This document shows, piece by piece, positions 27,393 to 39,680 of a DNA stretch of 64,000 nucleotides. Numbering within the stretch: the first letter of the stretch is position 1; every line of letters begins with the position of its first letter. The stretch is from NCBI GenBank assembly GCA_964016885.1, contig OZ024744.1:101742001-101806000 (forward strand), in the 5' to 3' direction. The position numbers and the translations under genes were made by a program. Under the pieces are notes generated by a model. The model was not told the origin of the DNA. It ran no database searches and saw only the letters and a program-made list of their open reading frames with translations. Origin of the DNA: Eledone cirrhosa (taxonomy: Eukaryota).

Positions 27393-30300
27393 TCTATTGT
27401 TGGTTTGTTTATTATTGGCTTTGTTTATTGTTGTTTTGCTTATTTGTGGCTTTGTTTATTGTTGGTTTGTTTATTGTTAGCTTTGTTTATTGTTGGTTTG
27501 TTTATTATTGGCTTTAATTATTGTTGGTTTGTCTATTGTTGGCTTTGTTTATTGTTGGTTTGTTTATTGTTGGCTTTGTTTATTGTTGGCTTTGTTTATT
27601 GATGGTTTGTTTATTGTTGGCTTTGTTTATTGTTGGTTTGTTTATTGGTGGCTTTGTTTATTGTTGGTTTGTTTATTGTTGGCTTTGTTTATTGTTGGCT
27701 TTGTTTATTGTTGGTTTGTTTATTATTGGCTTTGTTTATTGTTGGTTTGTCTATTGTTGGCTTTGTTTATTGTTGGCTTTGTTTATTGTTGGCTTTGTTT
27801 ATTGTTGGTTTGTTTATTATTGGCTTTGTTTATTGTTGGTTTGTCTATTGTTGGCTTTGTTTATTGTTGGTTTGTTTATTGTTGGTTTTGTTTATTGTTG
27901 CTTTCTTTATTGTTGGTTTGTTTATTGTTGGCTTTGTTTATTGCTCGTTTGTTTATTGTTGGTTTGTTTATTGTTGGCTTTGTTTATTGTTGGTTTGTTT
28001 ATTATTTGCTTTGTTTATTGTTGGTTTGTTTATTGTTGGCTTTGTTTATTTTTGGTTTGTTTATTACTGGCTTTGTTTATTGTTGGTTTGTTTATTGTTG
28101 GCTTTGTTTATTGTTGGTTTGTTTATTGTTGGCTTTGTTTATTGTTGGGTTTTTTATTGCAGGCTTTGTTTAATGTTGGTTTGTTTTATTGTTGGCTTTG
28201 TTTATTTTTGGTTCCTTTATTGTTGGCATTGTTTATTGTTGGTTTGTTTATTGTTGGCTTTGTTTATTGTTGGTTTGTTTATTGTTGGCTTTTTTTATTG
28301 TTGGTTTGTTTATTGTTGGCTTTGTTTATTGTTGGTTTGTTTATTGGTGGATTTTTTTATTGTTGGTTTGCTTATTGGTGGCTTTGTTAATTGTTGGTTT
28401 ATTTATTATTGGCTTTAATTATTGTTGGTTTGTTTATTGTTGGTTTGTTTATTGTTGGTTTGTTTATTGTTGCTTTGTTTATTGTTGGTTTGTTTATTGT
28501 TGGTTTGTTTATTGTTGGTTTGTTTATTGTTGGTTCGTTTATTGTTGGCTTTGTTTATTGTTGGTTTCTTTATTGTTCGTTTGTTTTTTGTTAGTTTGTT
28601 TATTGTTGTCTTTGTTTATTTTTGGTTTGTTTATTGTCGGCTTTGTTTATTGTTGGTTTGTTTATTGTTGGCTTTCTTTATTGTTAGTTTGTTTATTATT
28701 GGCTTGGTTTATTGTTGGTTTATTTATTGTTGGTTTGTTTATTGTTGGCTTTGTTTATTGTTGGTTTGTTTATTGTTGGCTTTGTTTATTGTTGGTTTGT
28801 TTATTATTGGCTTTCTTTATTTTTGGTTTGTTTATTGTTGGCTTTGTATATTTTTGGTTTGTTTATATACTGGCTTTGTTTATAGTTGGTTTGTTTATTG
28901 TTGGTTTGTTTATTGTTGGCTTTGTTTATTGTTGGTTTGTTTATTGCTGGCTTTGTTTAATTTTAATTTGTTTATTGTTGGCTTTGTTTATTTTTTATTT
29001 GTATATTGTTGGCTTTGTTTATTGTTGGTTTGTTTATTGTTGGCTTTGTTTATTGTTGGTTTGTTTATTGTTCGCTTTCTTTATTGTTGGTTTGTTTATT
29101 ATTGGCTTTGTTTATTGTTGGTTTCTTTATTGTTGGCTTTGTTTATTGTTGGTTTGTTTATTGTTGGCTTTGTTTATTGTTGGTTTGTTTATTGTTGGCT
29201 TTGTTTATTTTTGGTTCCTTTATTGTTGGCTTTGTTTATTGTTGGTTTGTTTATTGTTGGCTTTGTTTATTGTTGGTTTGTTTATTGTTGGCTTTGTTTA
29301 TTGTTGGCTTTGTTTATTGTTGGTTTGTTTATTATTGGCTTTGTTTATTGTTGGTTTGTTTATTGTTGGCTTTGTTTATTTTTGGTTTGCTTATTACTGG
29401 CTTTGTTTATTGTTGGTTTGTTTATTGTTGGCTTTGTTTATTGTTGGTTTGTTTATTGTTGGCTTTGTTTATTGTTGGGTTTTTTATTGCAGGCTTTGTT
29501 TAATGTTGGTTTGTTTTATTGTTGGCTTTGTTTATTTTTGGTTCCTTTATTGTTGGCTTTGTTTATTGTTGGTTTGTTTATTGTTGGCTTTGTTTATTGT
29601 TGGTTTGTTTATTGTTGGCTTTTTTATTGTTGGTTTGTTTATTGTTGGCTTTGTTTATTGTTGGTTTGTTTATTGTTGGCTTCGTTTATTGCTGGTTTGT
29701 TTATTGGTGGCTTTGTTTATTGTTGGTTTGTTTATTGTTGGCTTTGTTTATTGTTGGCTTTGTTTATTGTTGGTTTGTTTATTATTGGCCTTGTTTATTG
29801 TTGGTTTGTTTATTGTTGGCTTTGTTTATTTTTGGTTTGTTTATTACTGGCTTTGTTTATTGTTGGTTTGTTTATTGTCGGCTTTGTTTATTGTTGGTTT
29901 GTTTATTGTTGGCTTTGTTTATTGTTGGTTTGTTTGTTGTTGGGTTTTTTATTGCAGGCTTTGTTTAATGTTGGTTTGTTTTATTGTTGGCTTTGTTTAT
30001 TTTTGGTTCCTTTACTGTTGGCTTTGTTTATTGTTGGTTTGTTTATTGTTGGCTTTGTTTATTGTTGGTTTGTTTATTGGTGGATTTGTTTATTGTTGGT
30101 TTGTTTATTGTTGGCTTTATTTATTGTTGGCTTTGTTTATTGTTGGTTTGTTTATTGTTGGCTTTGTTTATTGTTGGTTTACTTATTGGTGGCTTTGTTT
30201 ATTGTTGGTTTGTTTATTGTTGGCTTTGTTAATTGTTGGTTTATTTATTATTGGCTTTAATTATTGTTGGTTTGTCTATTGTTGGCTTTGTTTATTGTTG

Positions 30301-30930
30301 GTTTGTTTATTGCTGGCTTTGTGTATTATTGGCTTTGTTTATTGTTGATTTGTTTATTGTTGCTTTGTTTATTGTTGGTTTGTTTATTGTAGGATTTGTT
30401 TAATGTTGGTTCGTTTATTGTTGGTTTCTTTATTGTTGGTTTGTTTTTTGTTAGTTTGTTTTTTGTTAGTTTGTTTATTGTTGTCTTTGTTTATTTTTGG
30501 TTTGTTTATTGTTGGCTTTGTTTATTTTTGGTTTGTTTATTGTTGGTTTGTTTATTGTTGGCTTTGTTTATTGTTGGTTTGTTTATTGTTCGCTTTCTTT
30601 ATTGTTGGTTTGTTTATTATTGGCTTTGTTTATTGTTGGTTTGTTTATTGTTGGCTTTGTTTATTGTTGGTTTGTTCATTGTTGGCTTTGTTTATTGCTG
30701 GTTTGTTTATTGGTGGCTTTGTTTATTGTTGGTTTGTCTATTGTTGGTTTGTTTATTATTGGCTTTGTTTATTGTTGTTTTGCTTATTTGTGGCTTTGTT
30801 TATTGTTGGTTTGTTTATTGTTAGCTTTGTTTATTGTTGGTTTGTTTATTATTGGCTTTAATTATTGTTGGTTTGTCTATTGTTGGCTTTGTTTATTGTT
30901 GGTTTGTTTATTGTTGGCTTTGTTTATTGT
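24329..30930 (+). repeat. Tandem block duplication, period 3,344 bp (3,250 plus a 94-bp internal duplication near 27,750-27,845); junction near 27,580
   Basis: Apparently identical ORF translations at offset 3,344 (24845/28189, 25078/28422, 26640/29984, 27059/30403). GATGG variant at 24351/27601 (offset 3,250). Confidence 0.9.
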
Positions 30931-33900
30931 GGGTTTGTTTATTGTTGGCTTTTTTTATTGTTGGTTTGTTATTGTTGACTTTGTTTATTGTTCGTTTGTT
31001 TATTGTTGGTTTGTTTATTTTTGGCTTTGTTTATTGTTGGTTTGTTTATTGTTGGCTTTGTTTATTGTTGGTTTGTTTATTATTGGCTTTAATTATTGTT
31101 GGTTTGTCTATTGTTGGCTTTGTTTATTGTTGGTTTGTTTATTGTCGGTTTTGTTTATTGTTGCTTTCTTTATTGTTGGTTTGTTTATTGTTGGCTTTGT
31201 TTATTGCTCGTTTGTTTATTGTTGGTTTGTTTATTGTTGGCTTTGTTTATTGTTGGTTTGTTTATTGTTGGCTTTGTTTATTGTTGGTTTGTTTATTGTT
31301 GGCTTTGTTTATTGTTGGGTTTTTTATTGCAGGCTTTGTTTAATGTTGGTTTGTTTTATTGTTGGCTTTGTTTATTTTTGGTTCCTTTATTGTTGGCTTT
31401 GTTTATTGTTGGTTTGTTTATTGTTGGCTTTGTTTATTGTTGGTTTGTTTATTGTTGCCTTTTTTTATTGTTGGTTTGTTTATTGTTGGCTTTGTTTATT
31501 GTTGGTTTGTTTATTGGTGGATTTGTTTATTGTTGGTTTGCTTATTGGTGGCTTTGGTTATTGTTGGTTTGTTTATTGTTGGCTTTGTTAATTGTTGGTA
31601 TATTTATTATTGGCTTTAATTATTGTTGGTTTGTTTATTGTTGGTTTTTTTATTGTTGGTTTGTTTATTGTTGCTTTGTTTATTGTTGGTTTGTTTATTG
31701 TTGGTTTGTTTATTGTTGGCTTTGTTTATTCTTGGTTTGTTTATTGCTGGCTTTGTTTAATTTTAGTTTGTTTATTGTTGGCTTTGTTTATTTTTTGTTT
31801 GTTTATTGTTGGCTTTGTTTATTGTTGGTTTGTTTATTGTTGGTTTGTTTATTGTTGGCTTTGTTTATTGTTGGTTTGTTTATTGTTCGCTTTCTTTATT
31901 GTTGGTTTGTTTATTATTGGCTTTGTTTATTGTTGGTTTGATTATTGTTGGCTTTGTTTATTGTTGGTTTGTTTATTGTTGGCTTTGTTTATTGCTGGTT
32001 TGTTTATTGTTGGCTTTGTTTATTGTTGGCTTTGTTTATTGTTGGTTTGTTTATTATTGGCTTTGTTTATTGTTGTTTTGCTTATTTGTGGCTTTGTTTA
32101 TTGTTGGTTTGTTTATTGTTAGCTTTGTTTATTGTTGGTTTGTTTATTATAGGCTTTAATTATTGTTGGTTTGTCTATTGTTGGCTTTGTTTATTGTTGG
32201 TTTCTTTATTGTTGGCTTTGTTTATTGTTGGTTTGTTTATTGTTGGCTTTGTTTATTGTGGGTTTGTTTATTGTTGGCTTTTTTATTGTTGGTTTGTTAT
32301 TGTTGGCTTTGTTTATTGTTCGTTTGTTTATTGTTGGTTTGTTTATTGTTGGCTTTGTTTATTGTTGGTTTGTTTATTGTTGGCTTTGTTTATTGTGGGT
32401 TTGTTTATTGTTGGCTTAGTTTATTGTTGGTTTCTTTATTGTTGGCTTTGTTTATTATGGGTTTGTTTATTGTTGGCTTTGTTTATTGTTGGTTTGTTTA
32501 TTGTTGGCTTTGTTTATTGATGGTTTGTTTATTGTTGGCTTTGTTTATTTTTGGTTCCTTTATTGTTGGCTTTGTTTATTGTTGGTTTGTTTATTGTTGG
32601 CTTTGTTTATTGTTGGTTTGTTTATTGTTGGCTTTTTTTATTGTTGGTTTGTTTATTGTTGGCTTTGTTTATTGTTGGTTTGTTTCTTGTTGGCTTTGTT
32701 TATTGTTGGTTTCTTTATTGTTGGCTTTGTTTATTGATGGTTTGTTTATTGTTGGCTTTGTTTATTGTTGGTTTGTTTATTGGTGGCTTTGTTTATTGTT
32801 GGGTTTTTTATTGCAGGCTTTGTTTAATGTTAGTTTGTTTTATTGTTGGCTTTGTTTATTTTTGGTTCCTTTATTGTTGGCTTTGTTTATTGTTGGTTTG
32901 TTTATTGTTGGCTTTGTTTATTGTTGGTTTGTTTATTGTTGGCTTTTTTTATTGTTGGTTTGTTTATTGTTGGCTTTGTTTATTGTTGGTTTGTTTATTG
33001 GTGGATTTGTTTATTGTTGGTTTGCTTATTGGTGGCTTTGTTTATTGTTGGTTTGTTTATTGTTGGCTTTGTTAATTGTTGGTTTATTTATTATTGGCTT
33101 TAATTATTGTAGGTTTGTTTATTGTTGGTTTGTTTATTGTTGGTTTGCTTATTGTTGCTTAGTTTATTGTTGGTTTGTTTATTGTTGGTTTGTTTATTGT
33201 TGGTTTGTTTATTGTTGGTTTGTTTATTGTAGGCTTTGTTTAATGTTCGTTCGTTTATTGTTGGTTTCTTTATTGTTGGTTTGTTTTTTGTTAGTTTGTT
33301 TATTGTTGTCTTTGTTTATTTTTGGTTTGTTTATTGTCGGCTTTGTTTATTGTTGGTTTGTTTATTGTTGGCTTTGTTTATTTTTGGTTTGTTTATTACT
33401 GGCTTTGTTTATTGTTGGTTTGTTTATTGTCGGCTTTGTTTATTGTTGGTTTGTTTATTGTTGGCTTTGTTTATTGTTGGTTTGTTTATTGTTGGCTTTG
33501 TTTATTTTTGGTTCCTTTATTGTTGGCTTTGTTTATTGTTGGTTTGTTTATTGTTGGCTTTGTTTATTGTTGGTTTGTTTATTGTTGGCTTTTTTTATTG
33601 TTGGTTTGTTTATTGTTGGCTTTGTTTATTGTTGGTTTGTTTATTGTTGGCTTTGTTTATTGTTGGTTTCTTTATTGTTGGCTTTGTTTATTGATGGTTT
33701 GTTTATTGTTGGCTTTGTTTATTGTTGGTTTGTTTATTGGTGGCTTTGTTTATTGTTGGTTTGTTTATTGTTGGCTTTGTTTATTGTTGGCTTAGTTTAT
33801 TGTTGGTTTGTTTATTATTGGCTTTAATTATTGTTGGTTTGTCTATTGTTGGCTTTGTTTATTGTTGGTTTGTTTATTGTTGGTTTTGTTTATGGTTGCT

Positions 33901-36900
33901 TTCTTTATTGTTGGTTTGTTTATTGTTGGCTTTGTTAATTGCTCGTTTGTTTATTGTTGGTTTGTTTATTGTTGGCTTTGTTTATTGTTGGTTTGTTTAT
34001 TGTTGGCTTTGTTTATTGTTGGTTTGTTTATTATTTGCTTTGTTTATTGTTGGTTTGTTTATTGTTGGCTTTGTTTATTTTTGGTTTGTTTATTACTTGC
34101 TTTGTTTATTGTTGGTTTGTTTATTGTTGGCTTTGTTTATTGTTGGTTTGTTTATTGTTGGCTTTATTTATTGTTGGGTTTTTTATTGCAGGCTTTATTT
34201 AATGTTGGTTTGTTTTACTGTTGGCTTTGTTTATTTTTGGTTCCTTTATTGTTGGCTTTGTTTATTGTTGGTTTGTTTATTGTTGGCTTTGTTTATTGTT
34301 GGTTTGTTTATTGTTGGCTTTTTTTATTGTTGGTTTGTTTATTGTTGGCTTTGTTTATTGTTGGTTTGTTTATTGGTGGATTTGTTTATTGTTGGTTTGC
34401 TTATTGGTGGCTTTGTTTATTGTTGGTTTGTTTATTGTTGGCTTTGTTAATTGTTGGTTTATTTATTATTGGCTTTAATTATTGTAGGTTTGTTTATTGT
34501 TGGTTTGTTTATTGTTGGTTTGTTTATTGTTGCTTTGTTTATTGTTGGTTTGTTTATTGTTGGTTTGTTTATTGTTGGTTTGTTTATTGTTGGTTTGTTT
34601 ATTGTAGGCTTTGTTTATTTTTGGTTTGTTTATTGTTGGCTTTGTTTATTGTTGGTTTGTTTATTGTTGGCTTTGTTTATTGTTGGTTTGTTTATTGTTG
34701 GCTTTGTTTATTGTTGGTATGTTTATTATTTGCTTTGTTTATTGTTCGTTTGTTTATTGTTGGCTTTGTTTATTTTTGGTTTGTGTATTACTGGCTTTGT
34801 TTATTGTTGGTTTGTTTATTGTCGGCTTTGTTTATTGTTGGTTTGTTTATTGTTGGTTTGTTTATTGTTGGTTTGTTTATTATTGGCTTTGTTTATTGTT
34901 GTTTTGCTTATTTGTGGCTTTGTTTATTGTTGGTTTGTTTATTGTTAGCTTTGTTTAGTGTTGGTTTGTTTATTATTGACTTTAATTATTGTTGGTTTGT
35001 CTATTGTTGGCTTTGTTTATTGTTGGTTTGTTTATTGTTGGCTTTGTTTATTGTGGGTTTGTTTATTGTTGGCTTTTTTTATTGTTGGTTTGTTATTGTT
35101 GACTTTGTTTATTGTTCGTTTGTTTATTGTTGGTTTGTTTATTTTTGGCTTTGTTTATTGTTGGTTTGTTTATTGTTGGCTTTGTTTATTGTTGGTTTGT
35201 TTATTATTGGCTTTAATTATTGTTGGTTTGTCTATTGTTGGCTTTGTTTATTGTTGGTTTGTTTATAGTCGGTTTTGTTTATTGTTGCTTTCTTTATTGT
35301 TGGTTTGTTTATTGTTGGCTTTGTTTATTGCTCGTTTGTTTATTGTTGGTTTGTTTATTGTTGGCTTTGTTTATTGTTGGTTTGTTTATTGTTGGCTTTG
35401 TTTATTGTTGGTTTGTTTATTGTTGGCTTTGTTTATTGTTGGGTTTTTTATTGCAGGCTTTGTTTAATGTTGGTTTGTTTTATTGTTGGCTTTGTTTATT
35501 TTTGGTTCCTTTATTGTTGGCTTTGTTTATTGTTGGTTTGTTTATTGTTGGCTTTGTTTATTGTTGGTTTGTTTATTGTTGCCTTTTTTTATTGTTGGTT
35601 TGTTTATTGTTGGCTTTGTTTATTGTTGGTTTGTTTATTGGTGGATTTGTTTATTGTTGGTTTGCTTATTGGTGGCTTTGTTTATTGTTGGTTTGTTTAT
35701 TGTTGGCTTTGTTAATTGTTGGTATATTTATTATTGGCTTTAATTATTGTTGGTTTGTTTATTGTTGGTTTTTTTATTGTTGGTTTGTTTATTGTTGCTT
35801 TGTTTATTGTTGGTTTGTTTATTGTTGGTTTGTTTATTGTTGGCTTTGTTTATTCTTGGTTTGTTTATTGCTGGCTTTGTTTAATTTTAGTTTGTTTATT
35901 GTTGGCTTTGTTTATTTTTTGTTTGTTTATTGTTGGCTTTGTTTATTTTTGGTTTGTTTATTGTTGGTTTGTTTATTGTTGGCTTTGTTTATTGTTGGTT
36001 TGTTTATTGTTCGCTTTCTTTATTGTTGGTTTGTTTATTATTGGCTTTGTTTATTGTTGGTTTGATTATTGTTGGCTTTGTTTATTGTTGGTTTGTTTAT
36101 TGTTGGCTTTGTTTATTGCTGGTTTTTTTATTGGTGGCTTTGTTTATTGTTGGTTTGTTTATTGTTGGCTTTGTTTATTGTTGGCTTTGTTTATTGTTGG
36201 TTTGTTTATTATTGGCTTTGTTTATTGTTGTTTTGCTTATTTGTGGCTTTGTTTATTGTTGGTTTGTTTATTGTTAGCTTTGTTTATTGTTGGTTTGTTT
36301 ATTATTGGCTTTAATTATTGTTGGTTTGTCTATTGTTGGCTTTGTTTATTGTTGGTTTCTTTATTGTTGGCTTTGTTTATTGTTGGTTTGTTTATTGTTG
36401 GCTTTGTTTATTGTGGGTTTGTTTATTGTTGGCTTTTTTATTGTTGGTTTGTTATTGTTGGCTTTGTTTATTGTTCGTTTGTTTATTGTTGGTTTGTTTA
36501 TTGTTGGCTTTGTTTATTGTTGGTTTGTTTATTGTTGGCTTTGTTTATTGTTGGTTTGTTTATTGTTGGCTTTGTTTATTGTTGGTTTGTTTATTGTTGG
36601 TTTGTTTATTGTTGGCTTTGTTTATTGTTGGTTTGTTTATTGTTCTCTTTCTTTACTGTTGGTTTGTTTATTATTGGCTTTGTTTATTGTTGGTTTGATT
36701 AATGTTGGCTTTGTTTATTGTTGGTTTGTTCATTGTTGGCTTTGTTTATTGCTGGTTTGTTTATTGGTGGCTTTGTTTATTGTTGGTTTGTTTATTGTTG
36801 GCTTTGTTTATTGTTGGCTTTGTTTATTGTTGGTTTGTTTATTATTGGCTTTGTTTATTGTTGTTTTGCTTATTTGTGGCTTTGTTTATTGTTGGTTTGT

Positions 36901-39680
36901 TTATTGTTAGCTTTGTTTATTGTTGGTTTGTTTATTATTGGCTTTAATTATTGTTGTTTTGTCTATTGTTGGCTTTGTTTATTGTTGGTTTCTTTATTGT
37001 TGGCTTTGTTTATTGTTGGTTTGTTTATTGTTGGCTTTGTTTATTGTGGGTTCGTTTATTGTTGGCTTTTTTATTGTTGGTTTGTTATTGTTGGCTTTGT
37101 TTATTGTTCGTTTGTTTATTGTTGGTTTGTTTATTGTTGGCTTTGTTTATTGTTGGTTTGTTTATTGTTGGCTTTGTTTATTGTTGGTTTGTTTATTGTT
37201 GGCTTAGTTTATTGTTGGTTTGTTTATTGTTGGCTTTGTTTATTATGGGTTTGTTTATTGTTGGCTTTGTTTATTGTTGGTTTGTTTATTGTTGGCTTTG
37301 TTTATTGATGGTTTGTTTATTGTTGGCTTTGTTTATTTTTGGTTCCTTTATTGTTGGCTTTGTTTATTGTTGGTTTGTTTATTGTTGGCTTTGTTTATTG
37401 TTGGTTTGTTTATTGTTGGCTTTTTTTATTGTTGGTTTGTTTATTGTTGGCTTTGTTTATTGTTGGTTTGTTTCTTGTTGGCTTTGTTTATTGTTGGTTT
37501 CTTTATTGTTGGCTTTGTTTATTGATGGTTTGTTTATTGTTGGCTTTGTTTATTGTTGGTTTGTTTATTGGTGGCTTTGTTTATTGTTGGGTTTTTTATT
37601 GCAGGCTTTGTTTAATGTTAGTTTGTTTTATTGTTGGCTTTGTTTATTTTTGGTTCCTTTATTGTTGGCTTTGTTTATTGTTGGTTTGTTTATTGTTGGC
37701 TTTGTTTATTGTTGGTTTGTTTATTGTTGGCTTTTTTTATTGTTGGTTTGTTTATTGTTGGCTTTGTTTATTGTTGGTTTGTTTATTGGTGGATTTGTTT
37801 ATTGTTGGTTTGCTTATTGGTGGCTTTGTTTATTGTTGGTTTGTTTATTGTTGGCTTTGTTAATTGTTGGTTTATTTATTATTGGCTTTAATTATTGTAG
37901 GTTTGTTTATTGTTGGTTTGTTTATTGTTGGTTTGCTTATTGTTGCTTAGTTTATTGTTGGTTTGTTTATTGTTGGTTTGTCTATTGTTGGTTTGTTTAT
38001 TGTTGGTTTGTTTATTGTAGGCTTTGTTTAATGTTCGTTCGTTTATTGTTGGTTTCTTTATTGTTGGTTTGTTTTTTGTTAGTTTGTTTATTGTTGTCTT
38101 TGTTTATTTTTGGTTTGTTTATTGTCGGCTTTGTTTATTGTTGGTTTGTTTATTGTTGGCTTTGTTTATTTTTGGTTTGTTTATTACTGGCTTTGTTTAT
38201 TGTTGGTTTGTTTATTGTCGGCTTTGTTTATTGTTGGTTTGTTTATTGTTGGCTTTGTTTATTGTTGGTTTGTTTATTGTTGGCTTTGTTTATTTTTGGT
38301 TCCTTTATTGTTGGCTTTGTTTATTGTTGGTTTGTTTATTGTTGGCTTTGTTTATTGTTGGTTTGTTTATTGTTGGCTTTTTTTATTGTTGGTTTGTTTA
38401 TTGTTGGCTTTGTTTATTGTTGGTTTGTTTATTGTTGGCTTTGTTTATTGTTGGTTTCTTTATTGTTGGCTTTGTTTATTGATGGTTTGTTTATTGTTGG
38501 CTTTGTTTATTGTTGGTTTGTTTATTGGTGGAATTGTTTATTGTTGGTTTGTTTATTGTTGGCTTTGTTTATTGTTGGCTTAGTTTATTGTTGGTTTGTT
38601 TATTATTGGCTTTAATTATTGTTGGTTTGTCTATTGTTGGCTTTGTTTATTGTTGGTTTGTTTATTGTTGGTTTTGTTTATGGTTGCTTTCTTTATTGTT
38701 GGTTTGTTTATTGTTGGCTTTGTTAATTGCTCGTTTGTTTATTGTTGGTTCGTTTATTGTTGGCTTTGTTTATTGTTGGTTTGTTTATTGTTGGCTTTGT
38801 TTATTGTTGGTTTGTTTATTATTTGCTTTGTTTATTGTTGGTTTGTTTATTGTTGGCTTTGTTTATTTTTGGTTTGTTTATTACTTGCTTTGTTTATTGT
38901 TGGTTTGTTTATTGTTGGCTTTGTTTATTGTTGGTTTGTTTATTGTTGGCTTTATTTATTGTTGGGTTTTTTATTGCAGGCTTTATTTAATGTTGGTTTG
39001 TTTTACTGTTGGCTTTGTTTATTTTTGGTTCCTTTATTGTTGGCTTTGTTTATTGTTGGTTTGTTTATTGTTGGCTTTGTTTATTGTTGGTTTGTTTATT
39101 GTTGGCTTTTTTTATTGTTGGTTGGTTTATTGTTGGCTTTGTTTATTGTTGGTTTGTTTATTGGTGGATTTGTTTATTGTTGGTTTGCTTATTGGTGGCT
39201 TTGTTTATTGTTGGTTTGTTTATTGTTGGCTTTGTTAATTGTTGGTTTATTTATTATTGGCTTTAATTATTGTAGGTTTGTTTATTGTTGGTTTGTTTAT
39301 TGTTGGTTTGTTTATTGTTGCTTTGTTTATTGTTGGTTTGTTTATTGTTGGTTTGTTTATTGTTGGTTTGTTTATTGTTGGTTTGTTTATTGTAGGCTTT
39401 GTTTAATGTTCGTTCGTTTATTGTTGGTTTCTTTATTGTTGGTTTGTTATTTGTTAGTTTGTTTATTGTTGTCTTTGTTTATTTTTGGTTTGTTTATTGT
39501 TGGCTTTGTTTATTGTTGGTTTGTTTATTGTTGGCTTTGTTTATTGTTGGTTTGTTTATTATTTGCTTTGTTTATTGTTGGTTTGTTTATTGTTGGCTTT
39601 GTTTATTTTTGGTTTTTGTATTACTGGCTTTGTTTATTGTTGGTTTGTTTATTGTCGGCTTTGTTTATTGTTGGTTTGTT
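30739..39680 (+). repeat. Older tandem block duplication, offset 4,124 rising to 4,155 and 4,788 bp
   Basis: ORF pairs 31096/35220 and 31592/35716 (4,124); 32551/37339, 33236/38024 and 34221/39009 (4,788). Shared rare variants GTTGACTTTG (30974/35098) and GTTGCCTTTT (31454/35578). Confidence 0.8.
35950..37205 (+). repeat. 633-bp local tandem doublet within the array (homologous doublets at about 8.8-10.0 kb and 14.6-15.7 kb)
   Basis: ORF offsets 36069/36702, 36287/36920, 36318/36951 and 9076/9709 are all 633; 14787/15436 is 649 (633+16). Confidence 0.8.
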
